In this document: piece by piece, positions 14,650 to 28,940 of the stretch
Position numbering within the stretch: the first letter of the stretch is position 1
Layout of the letters: the number at the start of each line of letters is the position of its first letter
Assembly (NCBI GenBank): GCA_964016885.1
Contig: OZ024762.1
Coordinates: 24,986,001 to 25,050,000 of the forward strand
Source of the DNA: Eledone cirrhosa
Lineage: Eukaryota
Direction of reading: 5' to 3'
DNA length: 64,000 bases
Notes under the pieces: model-generated
The model's database searches: none
Told to the model about the DNA's origin: nothing
Seen by the model: only the letters and a program-made list of their open reading frames with translations
Program-made: the position numbers and the translations under genes

Positions 14650-15512
14650 TAGCGGCGATGAATTAGTTTTGCGAGGTTTTTTATATGAAATCGTGTGTCG
14701 AAACAAATATTGTTATACTTGGGGAGGGTAATATTTATGTAATATTGCCAGAATTAATAACAGAACACACTCACACTTTGGTTGGTTTTCGCTTCTCGCT
14801 TCTCTGTCTTTTATATCGGTAATCTAATTTATTGGGTCCTCAATGTTGCCATTGACTGACCGACGGTCAAAAATAATACAGATACAATATAGACAAAAAC
14901 ACATATATATAGTTTATCATAAATCTTTCGTTGCACATCTGCAACATCGTCAGTGGTGCTATTGTTTCCTCCCGTTGTATTATATGTCTACGCCATTTTT
15001 ATTCAGTCTGTCTATATATTTATTTATTTATTTGCTTGTTTGTTTATTTTATTTTGTCTTCTTTGCGCATGCGTTTGCGTGTGTGTATAGTGTTTTGTTT
15101 GCTGTGTGATGGGTGACTAGTGTGTGTTCATGCGCTTGTTGTTATTGTGCTTGTGTATGTATTTATTAATTAATTTATTTATCTATTTATTTATTTATTT
15201 ATATTTCTCTTAGGTCAGTGTTGTTTGTTCGGGTGTTGTTGTTATCCCATTCATTCTTTCTGTTTAATCTTGGTCTTCTAATTTCTATTTCACTGGCCTC
15301 TCTGATTTGCCTATCTGCTGGGTCATTTCTATGTTTAGATATTATTCTAATTTCTATGTTGTCTATGTTACTGTCATGTTGTTGTCTAGCATGTTCGTAT
15401 AGTACTGATCCATTTTTTCGTCCTTTTAGTTCCCCCCAGTGTTGGTCTATCCTTTCACCTAGGCTACGAGCTGTCTCACCTATGTATGTTGTTGTCATGT
15501 TTCTGCAAGTAC
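14650..15512 (-). pseudogene. Penelope-like element 3' fragment: GIY-YIG endonuclease (15199-15512), 3'UTR and family E terminus
   Basis: TCRNMTTTYIGETARSLGERIDQH...SVLYEH...RQIREASEI...LNRKNEW. The terminus 14650-14780 is related to 48885-48990 and 1645-1730. Confidence 0.85.
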
Positions 15513-15535
15513 CGTCTATATATATATATAGAAAT

Positions 15536-15589
<54 letters not shown>

Positions 15590-15683
15590 GAAGTAATTCC
15601 GTCGGAAAGGTCCAGGATAAAAGAGTGCTCTATGTAGTTTACAGAGCTTATTAGTTTATGTAATAAACAACATAAGATAATTA

Positions 15684-15743
15684 TTTCATTTACCAGTGGT
15701 TTCTTGAAAGCAAACACATTTGCTTTCAATCGTCAGAATGAAA
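15684..15743 (-). ncRNA. Type I hammerhead ribozyme (family F), intact
   Basis: UUUCAUU-CUGACGA-UUGAAAGCAAA(ugug)UUUGCUUUCAA-GAAA-CCACUGG-UA^AAUGAAA. Stem I has 7 bp and stem II 11 bp. Confidence 0.88.
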
Positions 15744-15852
15744 AATTCGTGGTGTTTATTTTTTATGTGGATTTGAAAACCAAAATATAAGAAATATGAA
15801 AGTGAAGCTCAGGGAAGAAGACAAAAAAGATTATAAATATATAAGTATATAA

Positions 15853-15887
<35 letters not shown>

Positions 15888-15934
15888 CATATATATAAAT
15901 ATAAACATACATACACATACACATAAATACACAA

Positions 15935-15986
<52 letters not shown>

Positions 15987-16319
15987 ATACATATATATAC
16001 ACGCACATACACACACACACAATTATACAAATAAGCAAAGATGAATAAACAAACATATACACACTCGATCATGCGCATATACTAAAATAAGCAGTTACAA
16101 CAACTAGCCAAGATAAATCAGTAAAAAATAAAGTCAAATATAAAAATAAAAAATAAAAAATAAAAAATTAGCAAGTTGACAGCGATACGAAAGAAGAAAA
16201 AACACAAATAAAAATAAATAAATAAATAAACAAAAACACGTGGTAATCAAATGCACAAAATAAAATAAATATATATATATAAATATAAATATACATATAT
16301 ATATATATACATATATATA

Positions 16320-16447
16320 TTTTATTATGCGCATTTCAAAAACAAATATCATGCAATAACATATACTCCAGTCCTACAAATTGTAGAGTGCTTCTTATCC
16401 AATATCTGCATTGCTTTATTGTACTACAATAAAACTCACCTCCTACA
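16320..16447. mobile_element. Family A remnant (inverted half-hammerhead joined to tail)
   Basis: ttattatgcgcatttc followed by tactccagtcctac...actcacctcctac, in (TA)n. Confidence 0.7.
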
Positions 16448-16779
16448 TACATATATATATATATATATATTAAAATATATATGTATATATATATGTATAT
16501 ATGTGTATATGTTTATAAACAAACGGGGGAAATGGTGCGTCGGGCGATATGTGAGCATTCAGAGTGAATTAAAGTAAATATAGTTCCATATATCATCGAC
16601 TTTTAGAATCATAACTAAAGAGGTAGAGAGGCTTCATATTTTGATAATGTAGTAGAAAATAGATTCTATTAGATCTCCATTTTAATATTGGTAACTCTGT
16701 CTTGCTTAATGTATTCATGACATACATTTTTCCTATCTTTATTCAAAGAGTGAGCTCAAATGAACCTTCTTTCAGAAGC

Positions 16780-17320
16780 TAAACTCCGCCAGTTGCAGAC
16801 TGCACATCAACATGTGATATCTCTCTTCACAAAGTTCGATCACCAGTAGCAGAGTTCAAAGAGCAAAGATCAAGTCCAGTCCATGAATTGATATTGTTAA
16901 GCCATCGTTATGGCTGCCGGCCCCTGCTTCTCTAACCAGCCAACCTTCCTTCCAGGAATATATAATACCTTTCGTTCACCAACAGCAGAGTTCAAAGATC
17001 AAAGATAAAGTACAGTCCATAAGTTGACATTGTCAAGCCATCGTTTTGGTTGCCGGTCTCTGCTTCTCTTACCAGCCAAACTTCCTTCCAGCAATATATA
17101 ATTATTTTTACTTTTGGCACAAGGCCAGCAATTACCCAGTGCATTACTTTATTTTATCGACCCCGTAAGGATGAAAGGTTAACGTCGGCGGGATTTCGAT
17201 CACCAACAGCAGAGTTTAAATAGCAAAGATCAAGTCTAGTCCATGAATTCACATTGTCAAGCCATCGTTTTGGCTGCCGGCCTCTGCTTCTCTTACAAGC
17301 CAACCATCCTTCCAGACATA
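16780..17320 (-). mobile_element. Three tandem ~130 bp RTE-clade LINE 3' ends, with an intervening SINE fragment (17108-17196)
   Basis: The minus strand reads like FLEGRLAG.RSRGRQP.RWLNNINSWTGL, an RTE C-terminal motif. Confidence 0.65.
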
Positions 17321-17404
17321 ACCAACTCACACCACGAGTTGATCTTTTTATATGGCCGTATAGTTTGAGTACTCTTGATTGTACCTATATATACTCATAT
17401 ATTA

Positions 17405-17530
17405 GGCGGCAAATTGTCAGATTCACTGAATCGTTGGACAGAATGCTTTGCGGTATTCGTACCAGGTCCCTGAGTTCAGATCTGACGGGGGTCAGCTTTG
17501 GCTTCCATCCTAGTCGTGGGGTTGATCGAT
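17405..17530 (+). mobile_element. Degenerate tRNA-derived SINE 5' part
   Basis: ggcggcaaattgtcaga...ctgagttcagatc...ctttggcttccatcc. Confidence 0.55.
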
Positions 17531-17740
17531 TCTTCCTCAATATCACTTCCTCTACCTCTCTGTCTCTTTAAATCTTTCTCTCTCTGTTAATCTCTCTCCC
17601 CCTCTGTCTCTCTAAGTCTCTCTCTCTCTCTCTCGAAATCTCTCTCGCTCTATCTTTCTAAGTCTTCCTATCTCTGTCTCTGTTAATCTCTCTCTCGCTC
17701 TGTCTCTCCAGATCTCGATCTCTCTCACGCTATTTCTCTC

Positions 17741-17812
<72 letters not shown>

Positions 17813-17944
17813 CTTTCCAAGGAATAAATCTGTTCTGTCCAGATCCAGAAATTGGATGGGTTCCGCCAAACTCAAAATGCTCAAGAAATGCTGAATGCCA
17901 TTAAGGCGTCCCTACGACTCCATTGAGAATTACAGGACCACACA

Positions 17945-17977
<33 letters not shown>

Positions 17978-17978
17978 G

Positions 17979-18306
<328 letters not shown>

Positions 18307-20705
18307 TATATATATATATGTAGAAGGTGAGTAATATTGTAGAACAATAAAACTATGCATATATCAGATAAGTAAGACTAATTGCCTGTAAGACTAATTG
18401 CTCCTTCTAAAGCTGACCTAGGGGTTGTTAGGATATCCATCTTGGATAGAATTATCCCACAGGTTAGGTCTAAATCTCAATTACATTTATGGTTGGGTTC
18501 TTCTGATGTAATAGACTGGTTCAATGACCTGAATAATAAAAACAAACTGAAATGTATTCAATTAGACATTGCTAGCTATTACTCTTCTATTTCTCCTTCA
18601 CTCCTAAACAAGGCTCTCTCTCATATGCGTTAAAATACACGGACATTATTTGTGAAGAAATAAAAATAGTTCTCACCGCAAGGAAAACCATCTTGGAATT
18701 TTACAATGAATATTGGACAAGAGCGGATACTTCCAACAATTTCGACATCACCATGGGTTCATCGGATTCAGCTCAATTGACCGACTTGGTTGGAATTTTC
18801 ATCTTGAACCTTTTAAACCGGAAAACTCCTTAACTTCGCGGTGGAATTTATCGTGATGATGCTCTTTTTACTGTCTCTAATTGTAACAAAGTAACCTTTA
18901 ATATTAAGAAAAATATACTTGATCTATTTAAGCATCTTAACTTAAAAATTGAATTCGAGAATAAAGATAAATTAGCAAATTTCCTTGATATATCCCTTAA
19001 TCTAGATACCGGCCTATATTACCCATATCATAAGGACAATGAGAACCTAAATTACGTTAACTTTAAATCTAACCACCCTAATAATGTTAAAAATGCTATA
19101 GTCAGAAGTGTAGAAAAAAGAATTTCTAATTTATCTTCTAATAAAGATATCTTTGAAGTTAATGCCAAATATTATAATAATGCGCTATCTTGGGCTGGAT
19201 ATGCAGACAAAATTAGATATACTAAGGAAACTAATCTTGGCAGAACTTATAGTAACTATAGTAATGTAGCTAGTAATAATTATACCACTAACACAAGGAG
19301 GACACCTAGATATAAAAATATCCTTTGGTACAACCCTCCATTCTCTCTTTCCGTTATTAATAATATCCCTAAATAATTTTTTAGGGCTTTATATAACAGC
19401 TTCCCTCCTCCACATATATATAGCAAGATTTTCAATAAGCATACTATTAAATTCTCATATTCCACTACTTCCAACATTTCTAAAATTATCTCAAGACATA
19501 ATTCTAAAATTATTAAAGAATAACTCATATGCATCCAACCATGAGAGTCATAATAATAACACTATAAGGCCCGACGTCAATGTAAACTCTAGGCAAAATA
19601 ACACAAGTATAAATACGACGTCAAACGTAACTTTGAGGAATGCTTCAAATAGTAATGTAAATCTGGATACTTTAGAACCTCCTTTAGTTAATTCCACCAC
19701 TCCAGTTCCTAATATAATTAACCCTGGGCCACTTGCCAATAACACTGTAAATAATCTTAATCGTAAATGCAACTGCCCTATTAGAACTAATTGTGTTCTT
19801 AGTAATTTCTGTAATATGAATGTAAAGTGGTAACTAGTACCAATACCTATATCTACATTGGCTCTACTTCCACATCTTTTAAAGCAAGACTCTACATTTA
19901 AATCTCCACTTAAAAGGACCAGCACCGCACTCTCAGAACTTATTTGTTCCTTAAAAGACAAAAACATTAATTACGAAATTTCTTGGCGTAAAATCTACAA
20001 TGCTCCTCCATACTCAAATGCTTCCATATGTAGCGTTTGTAATTTATGTCTAGTTGAAAAATTTACCATTAACTCGAATTTCAACTCTATAATAAATAGA
20101 AGAACAGATTTATTTGGTCTTTGTAATCATAAATCCTTCAAAACCTTTCACAAAGTATATAGCTAATGTCCTATAATATATTCCACGAATAACGGTTAAT
20201 TTTATACACATATACTTTTTTACACATATTTTTTACACATATTTCATTATATTCTACAATGTATTAATTCAGTTTTCTCAGCATATTTTAAGCCTTTCAC
20301 CTTTTTTCGATAGCCTTAAATTTTCGTTCAAACCTTCGTAGATTTTGTAAACATGACGTCATATGTAAACATGACGTCATATGTTTTTCTACGTTTATAA
20401 AACTTTCTAGCAATTTCCTTTACTTACTTGTTGATATAAAATAATAATTAAATAGTATACCCCACATATATAGACTTTTAATAGAAACTTTTTATTTTGA
20501 CATAGACTATTTTTATTTTTTGTATTGTATTTTATTTTATTTTAAAAACCTTTTTTATACTTATTTTAATTTAATTTTATTGTATTTTATTTTATTTTAA
20601 AAACATTTTTTATACTTATTTTAATTTAATTTAATTTGATTTTATTAATACATTTTTACACTTCTTAATCCAAGTTTTAGTATGTAAACCCAATATAAAA
20701 TAAGT

Positions 20706-21091
20706 GTTTCTACTTTTGGCCCAAGGCCGGCAATTACTCAGTGTATTACTGGTACTTTATTTTATCGACCCCGTAAGGATGAAATGGAAAGTGAACCTCG
20801 GCGGGATTTGAACTCAGACTATAAAGGGCTGTAACTCTTTGCTGCAAAGCATGGCGTCAGACCCTCTACGGACACTGCCAATCCACCGCCCTTATAAAAT
20901 AATTGTTTCTACTATTGGCACAAGGCCAGAAATTACCCAGTACATTACTGGTACTTTATTTTATCGACCCCGTAAGGATGAAAGGCAAAGTTAACCTCGG
21001 CGGGATTTGAACTCAGAATAGAAAGGGCCGTAACTCTATGCATCAAAGCATGGCGTCCGACCCTCTACCAATACTGCCAATCCACCGCCCT
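20706..21091 (-). mobile_element. Two tandem SINE copies inserted in the Penelope 3'UTR
   Basis: Same SINE consensus as 2936-3572. Confidence 0.85.
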
Positions 21092-21433
21092 TATAAAATA
21101 ATATACCCAGTTTCTATATTTTAGACCTCTAATATTTGAATAGCATCCATAATATTCGCACATACACCTCATCAATTTACTTTTTAACCGTTATCTACAT
21201 CTGTTTTCATTTTGACACCGTTCCTGATCAAAAGTCTCCCACTCTCTCTTTTTCTTTCTCTCTCTTCCTTCTTTCTTCTTTCCTTTTATCCTCTCTTCTA
21301 TTTCCTTTTCCTGTTTCTCCTTCTTTTCTTTTCGTCTATTTTCCTATCTTTTTCTTACTCTTATATTTCTGTTATATGTAGGCTGGACACTTTCTTGTTG
21401 ACAAGTGTTTTTAGGCCTCATATCATGCTACCT

Positions 21434-21503
21434 TATTTTATCTGATGAGAACACAATTTTTGTCCCAGGATGATGTTGTTTTCGAAATGCGCATAATAAA
21501 ATA
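21434..21503 (+). ncRNA. Minimal type I hammerhead (family A)
   Basis: UAUUUUAU-CUGAUGA-gaac..uuc-GAAA-UGCGCA-UA^AUAAAAUA. Confidence 0.82.
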
Positions 21504-21559
21504 TATGGAACTTTTTTAACCATCTTTTAATTTCTTCTATATATATATTTATATATATA

Positions 21560-21714
<155 letters not shown>

Positions 21715-21802
21715 AATTTTATTGAAAAGGTTGCTATGATAATACTCACACACATATATATATATATACATACATACATACATATATATATATATATACA
21801 TA

Positions 21803-21909
<107 letters not shown>

Positions 21910-21920
21910 GTATATAGATA

Positions 21921-21991
<71 letters not shown>

Positions 21992-23074
21992 GTATATACA
22001 TATATATATATATTATATATTATGGAATACTGTTGGCTTTTTGCTACAATATTTTCTATATCTTTCATTTATATATATATATATATACATCCATACGTGC
22101 ATATTAATACACCCATAATTATATTAAAACACGAATCAAATTCCTCTCTCACATTGAGTGAAAAAAAAAATATTATTGTTTATAAAGATAGGAACAATAA
22201 ATAGAAAATAATGGACATATATGGATGTTTTCAGTTAATATTAATGTCTTTCTACTTTCCATTTCGTTTCGTCATTTCGGGTTTTCTAAGTTCTCCTTAT
22301 CTCTCTATATACTAAATAAGTTCACCCGAAGACGAATATAAACATTCCTTTGAAGTAACTTTGAAAAACCGAAATGGATCAAAGAATAAAAGCTTTATAT
22401 TTGCTGATATCTTTGTAGGCTTTCTTATTTCGATTTTCGATTTTGCTTTTTGATTTTTGTTTGATTTGTTTGTTGTTTTGGTGTTGCTTTTGGTTTCTTT
22501 GAATGTATACATGTGTATGTATGTATTTATGTATGTGTATATATATAAATAGGTATATAATATATATGTATGTATGTATGTACATATGTGTGGGTTTGTG
22601 TATGTGTATATATGTATAGGTGTATATGTGTATGTATGTTTGTATATAATTGTATGTATGTATGTATGTATGTATGTATGTATGTATGAATGTATATATG
22701 TATTATGTACGTGCGTTTGTATGTATATATGTTGTTCGTATGCATGAAAGCATGTTTGTATGTATGTATATATGTATTTATATATGTATGTGTGTATCTA
22801 TCTATGAAAGTACGCATGTATATGTGTATGTACGTATTTATATATGTTTGTATGTGTGTATGTTCTTCTGGTTTTATAATTTCACAAAGTTTTACCAATA
22901 GAGAGAGAGTCGGTTTCTAACACAAGACTCTCCCATTGGAATTTACACAACATCAACTAGGTAGATATGTATGTGTAGATATGGATGTTATTGTATGTGT
23001 GGATGTGGATGTTTTGAGTTGTATGTATGCATGTGTATGTGTGCTTTATATCTGTACATGTGTATATGCAGTTA

Positions 23075-26000
23075 TTAGATGCAAAATCTTTGGAATGTTT
23101 TACATACTTTTACTGTTCCATTAATGGATTGTACTTGTAATTTCCTAACTAGTTGTGTTCTTTCTGTTCCTGTTAAGCCTAGCTTCTCAAGATTTGTATT
23201 GAGGCAGTTACTAGTATATCCCAGTGCTCCAATAATCACAGGCATAAATCTGAAGGTGTCATCAGGGTGGAGTATCTGCAGATTTCTCATCAGTTCTGCA
23301 TAAATATTCTCCTTTTCACTAATCTTTGATATTATATTGGCATCTGCTAGGCAGCTAATTTCCACTGCTGTGTATGCTTTCTTCTCCCTGTCCCATATCA
23401 TAATATCTGGTCTGTTATGCCTGCATTTTATTGGCGTTTTTACTGGAACATTCCACCAGTACTCTTTCATATTATGTATATGGATGTCTTCCACATTGCT
23501 GTAGCTTTTAATGGGTTTATTATCGGGGCTATGTTTTTTACGAACTGCATTGTACAGTGTTTTGGTCACTATATCATGCCTCATAGGTAGATAGTACCGC
23601 GATGACATCTTTGGACAGCTGCTGATGACATGGGTGATATTCTCGATGTTAGTTCTGCAGAGTCTTCACTTGTTATCACATCTAGGTGTTTTGCTTTCAT
23701 CCCTATCTCTTTTGTGAATCAGGTATTTCGTGTTAATCTCCTGTTCTTGGATTGCAAAAGCGTATCCTTCAAAGTGGGAGCCAATATAGCGGTTGTTGGT
23801 CCAAGATAGACTAGTTTCCTTATCTATATTACTCTCACTCTGGAGCTTCCTGGCAACATATCCATGCATGATTTTTTGCTGATAGGCATGCAGTTTTTCA
23901 TCCATGGATTCACTGCGATACTGCTGAGCGACATCCCTGGGTGTGAGTTTTTGATTATCACACAGGGAATATCTCTCAAGGAGTTCCTTCCCAACTCTCA
24001 TGATCTTATCTGTTTCATGCAGATAGACTTGCTCAAGGAACGGGCTCCTACGCTTCGAGGTTCGTAGATGTTGTCGGAGTGATGTGATGCGACATTCAAA
24101 TGTTGTCTGGACTGATGTTAGGCCTCTACTTCCCTGCTTACGTTTCAAGTAAAGGCGGTCTATGTCACTGTTGATGTGGATTTTCCGGTGTTGTTCAGTA
24201 TTTTTCGAGCTCCATCATCAACTGCTCGGATTTCGTCTATCGTCCAATTGAGTATTCCAAACGTTGGTGTTAGGACAGGCACAGCAAACACATTGTGAGC
24301 CACTGTTTTGTTTTGCGCAAAGAGTTCCGTTGACCAGATCTTTCTTAATCGGGTGTAGTATTCCCTGGTTACGCGTTCTTTATTACATATACCATTATAG
24401 GATATGTTCTCATCTATCCCCAGGTATCTGTAGCAGTCCTCATCAGATATCGGTGAAACAGTTAGACCATTTATGACAATGTTGCTGGATTGGTTTGTTG
24501 TTTTCCCCCGCTTTACAGTCATGTATGAGAATTTATCTTGGCCAAACTCCATTCCTATATCCTTTGAGAACGTTGTAACCAGGTCAAGATTTTTCTTCTT
24601 TCCATCCATGTTCTTGGCATAGAGTTTCAGATCGTCCACAAAGAAATTATGGGTTAGGTTCGTATTTCTGTCCTCCTGTGAGCCAATGATGTATCCCTCA
24701 CATTTCTTGAGCAGAAAGGACAAGGGGTTTAATGACAAGATGAACAATATCAGAGAGATACTGTCTCCCTGAAATATACCCCTGCGATATTTTATTTTAT
24801 CAGTGAAAATAGAGTCCTCTCTCTCTGTCTTTAACCTTAGGATAGTAGCCCAAGAAGAAGACAGCCTCTCTATGACTCTGACAATAACTGTCTGGGACTT
24901 TAACAAGCTGGATAGCCTCTATCATCCAAGAGTGGGGAACAGAATCGAAAGCTTTACTGTAGTCCAGCCAAACTGTAGTCATATTGCTCCAAAGTTGTCG
25001 TACCTCCGACATCGCAGTTTTGTTGATTAGGAGTTGTTCAGCACATCCCCAAACCCCTTTCTTTCCAGCTGCTTGTTCATCTGTGATGATGTTATTATTT
25101 TCACAGTGATCTTGGAGGAATAGGTTGAGGCAGGCTGTATACATCTTATACATCAGGTTCTGGCATGCAATGGGTCGGTAGTTTTTTGCCACTGGGTGTC
25201 TTTGTTCTTGGGGACCAGTAACGTTTGTGCTAATGTCAACCATTCTGGTATAAGTGTATCTCCCTTAAGAACTTGTTGGTAGAGGTCAGTAAGATACCTC
25301 CGATAGAATATTATTTTTTTGTACCATTAGCCGATAATCTTGTCTCTTCCTGGTGTTTTCTTATCTTGGAGTTTTCCTATCACAGTCTCAAGGGCACCCT
25401 CACTTATTTCGTATGTTTTTGTTGTAGTGTAGGGGCAATAGTTCTTTCGGATTTCGCTTAGCCACACTGCATCTTGGTTCAAATTCTTCTTTTCCCCCCA
25501 TATTTTTCTCCAAAAGGAATCTATGTCTTTCTGGGATGGGGCCTCAGTAACACTTATTATTTTGCGCTTCATATCTCTATAGACTGATGTTTGGTTTCGT
25601 CTGAATCTTTTATTAAGCATTTTTCTCTCGTCTACCTTCTTCAGGTATCGGCGTTTTTCGCTAACAGCTCTCAATTCTTGTTTGAGGGTGATCAGCTTAT
25701 ATTAGAGAGTTCTGGTTCTACTGTTACCAAACATCGTCTCTATTATACTTTTCACTCATTGTTGGTGAGGAGTGAGGTTCTTTTGTGTTTTTTTGCATGT
25801 AAGGAGCATTGTCACATGTCCTATGTTTTTTCGTAGGTCAGCACTCTTTTTTTCTATTTTAGTTATATATGATGGTATTTTTGGTGGTGTTTTGTTCTTG
25901 TTAATATCTCTGCTATCACCAAGATAATGGTTCACTGTCATTGCTAAGGCATATAAGCAGGCGTTGATTTGCCAAAATGTTGGGGTTTTTATCCGTCGTA

Positions 26001-26620
26001 AATATTCATCCCCTATTTCGTCAATAACACGTAGTATTTCATTATTTGGTTTTTTATTCAACATTGTCATTTTACTACGTTCAGCAAGAGAGATATTTAT
26101 ACATGAGTTAATTTCTCTCTGGAAGATTTCGTTGAGGGAAATTTTCAATTGTTTATACTTATGATTATCATTATCGATAGTATTTTCCACAACAATCGAG
26201 GTAGACTCGGATGGTACACGTGGTGTCACATTTATTCGATTATTATTATTATTTCTTCGATTATTATTATTATCGATAGTGTTTTCCCCAGCATTTGAGG
26301 TAGACTTAGATGGTACAGGTGGTGTCAAGTTTCTTACAAGCATAGGTGTTTCAAGGCGCTGTTCGACCTGGCTGCTAGGAAGTCTAGTAGCATGGCGATC
26401 TGTAGCACGTGTTGTTGATTCCATGTCTGTTGTGGGGGACTTACAATTAATAATATTTATCTTATTTTTACGTTCAACAAACGTCGCTTGTTGGCGTAAT
26501 TGCCTCGCTGTGAAGTGATTTAGCTCTGGGTGCATTTCGTCCCAGTGTAGCTTCATTCTATTCATATAGCCAATGGAGGGATTGTTTTTTGCCATTTTAT
26601 AACCATTAAATAAATCATTA
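23075..26620 (-). pseudogene. R4/Dong-like non-LTR retrotransposon (RT, CCHC and restriction-like endonuclease), frameshifted
   Basis: NYRPIAC, WLDYSKAFDSVPHSW, RGIFQGDSIS, HNFFVDDLKLY, YRYLGI, C..ENITHVISSC, RHD, RPDIMIWD, VIIGALG. Confidence 0.92.
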
Positions 26621-26668
26621 TTAATATATATATGTATGTATGTATATATATGTGTATATATAGGTATG

Positions 26669-26706
<38 letters not shown>

Positions 26707-26707
26707 T

Positions 26708-27152
26708 AGATCCGCCTCTTCAATGCTGTAGTGTAGTCTGTGCTGATCTACGGGTCTGAGACTTGGACACTGACCAAGAAACTCACTCAGATGGTGGATG
26801 GGTGCTACACGAGAATGCTGAGGATGGCTCTGAACATTAATCAGTATACACTGAGGATGAACAACTCAGAGCTGTATGGGAGACTCCCAAAAGTCAGCTC
26901 AAAAGTGACACAGAGGAGACTGAGGTGAGCTGGACATGTTCACCGACATCCAGAGTTGACATTGCACTCAGTGCTCCTGTGGGAGCCCCTACATGGACAC
27001 ACTGGAAGAGGAAGACCAAGGTTCACGTATGTTGATGCCCTAAGGACAGGCACTGGTCTGTTGGAGACGCGGGACATGGCAGCGATAATGGGGGACAGAG
27101 ACCGCTGGAGAGAACTCGTCCATGGATCTCGAGAATTTTACCCGCCCTAGAT
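26708..27152 (+). pseudogene. RTE-clade LINE 3' fragment in (TA)n
   Basis: SVLIYGSETWTLTK...DGCYTRMLRMAL...GHVHRH...LLWEPLHGHTGRGRPRFTYVD...DRDRWR. Confidence 0.85.
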
Positions 27153-27160
27153 ATATATAT

Positions 27161-27238
27161 ACCCCGGGAATCCCACCAAATCGTATGCACTCTACAACAG
27201 CATTCTAATAAAAGTGTGTATACGTTTTTTTGGACACG

Positions 27239-27243
<5 letters not shown>
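27161..27243. mobile_element. Tiny Tc1/mariner-type MITE-like element
   Basis: Right end ...ttttttggacacgctgTA, in TA context. Shares gcattctaataaa and its end sequence with 52117-52222. Confidence 0.45.
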
Positions 27244-27303
<60 letters not shown>

Positions 27304-27327
27304 GGAACGAGTAGGACCCCGACGGCT

Positions 27328-27527
27328 NNNNNNNNNNNNNNNNNNNNNNNNNNNNNNNNNNNNNNNNNNNNNNNNNNNNNNNNNNNNNNNNNNNNNNNNN
27401 NNNNNNNNNNNNNNNNNNNNNNNNNNNNNNNNNNNNNNNNNNNNNNNNNNNNNNNNNNNNNNNNNNNNNNNNNNNNNNNNNNNNNNNNNNNNNNNNNNNN
27501 NNNNNNNNNNNNNNNNNNNNNNNNNNN
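27328..27527. other. Assembly gap (200 N)
   Basis: Run of N beginning inside a family B arm. Confidence 0.99.
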
Positions 27528-27888
27528 TTATGAAGCTATGTTGAAGTTAAGCTTGAGAAATGTTGGAATTAAATCAAGTCAGTCAGGTGTCTTCACATGG
27601 AATCGAATATTTAGCGTATTGGCTTTCAAACGCCTCACTGGATCCTTAAGAATTCTGTTCCCTACTCGACACAATCGTTAATTCTAGAATACTAGTCACA
27701 CCAAATACAATGTAGAAGGTAATACACATTGATTTTTATATGCGTTTTCTATCTATGTGTGTATGTGTTTGTGTGTGTTTGTGTGTATGTATATGTATGT
27801 ATATGTATGTGATTATGTATATGTATATATATGTGTGCTGTGAGGATCTATGTATAGATATATGAATATGTAAATATACATATATGCA

Positions 27889-27927
<39 letters not shown>

Positions 27928-27930
<3 letters not shown>

Positions 27931-28055
27931 GGAACGAGTAGGACCCCGACGGCTGAGCTCAAGCCGTTTCGACGGCTAATTCTGGACATACTACCCTAAG
28001 TATTGAGTACTTTGGTGCGTTATGGTCCACCTGGTTCCTTACCACATTTCCTTCG

Positions 28056-28057
<2 letters not shown>
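27928..28057. mobile_element. Family B remnant (inverted half-hammerhead joined to tail)
   Basis: ggaccccgacggctgagctcaagccgtttcgacggc followed by ctaagtattgagtactttggtgcgttatggtcc. (TA)n flanks. Confidence 0.7.
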
Positions 28058-28110
<53 letters not shown>

Positions 28111-28199
28111 AAGTAAAAGCGAAGATATTTACTACGTCACTCCTATGTGGAAAAAGTGCGTTGAGTGCTTGAATTGAATTGCATCAATGTTTACCCTAA

Positions 28200-28282
28200 G
28201 TATATATATATATATATATAAATATGTGTGTGTATGTACAAATGTATATATATGTAAATAGATACAATCACACACACTCACT

Positions 28283-28326
<44 letters not shown>

Positions 28327-28412
28327 AGTGAGTGTGTGTGATTGTATCTATTTACATATATATACATTTGTACATACACACACATATTTATATATATATA
28401 TATATATATATA
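28200..28412. repeat. Perfect palindrome of compound microsatellite
   Basis: gtatgtacaaatg...gatacaatcacacacactcactcac mirrored around a (TA)n centre at ~28305. Confidence 0.85.
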
Positions 28413-28432
28413 TCTGTGTGTGTGTGTGTATG

Positions 28433-28505
<73 letters not shown>

Positions 28506-28530
28506 GTGTGTGTGTATATATATATATATA

Positions 28531-28940
28531 ATATAAGATCAAAAGATGGTTAAAGGAGTTCCATGTATTTTATTATGCGCATTTCAAAAACAAACATCAT
28601 CATGCAATAATATTTGTGTTTTCATCAGATAAAACAGGAGAACATGATATGAAGGCTAAAAAACACTTGTGGATAGTGCAGTTTGATATATTGATTTAAC
28701 ACTGCACTATCCACAAGTGTTTTTTAGCCTTCATATCATGTTCTCCTGTTTTATCTGATGAAAACACAAATATTATTGCATGATGATGTTTGTTTTTGAA
28801 ATGCGCATAATAAAATACATGGAACTCCTTTAACCATCTTTTGATCTTATATTATGTATACTCCAGTCCTACAAACTGTAGAGTGCTTCTTATCCGATAT
28901 CTGCATTGCTTTATTGTACTACAATAAAACTCACCTACTA

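Larger units (their letters stand above)
18319..21540 (+). mobile_element. 5'-truncated Penelope-like element: inverted family A tail, RT, GIY-YIG, 3'UTR and hammerhead pLTR
   Basis: RLIAPSKADLG, QLDIASYYSSI, FDITMGSSDSAQ, GIYRDDAL, FLDISL, SNHP, WYNPPFS, CNCPIRTNC, YIGSTS, CNLCLVEK, with many stops and frameshifts. Hammerhead at 21434-21503. Confidence 0.88.

Noticed and set aside
18382-20166. Stop-codon recoding (selenocysteine) in the PLE ORF, as reported for Naiad PLEs
   Set aside because: The interruptions are mostly TAA stops and frameshifts, and the endonuclease is C-terminal. This fits ordinary decay.
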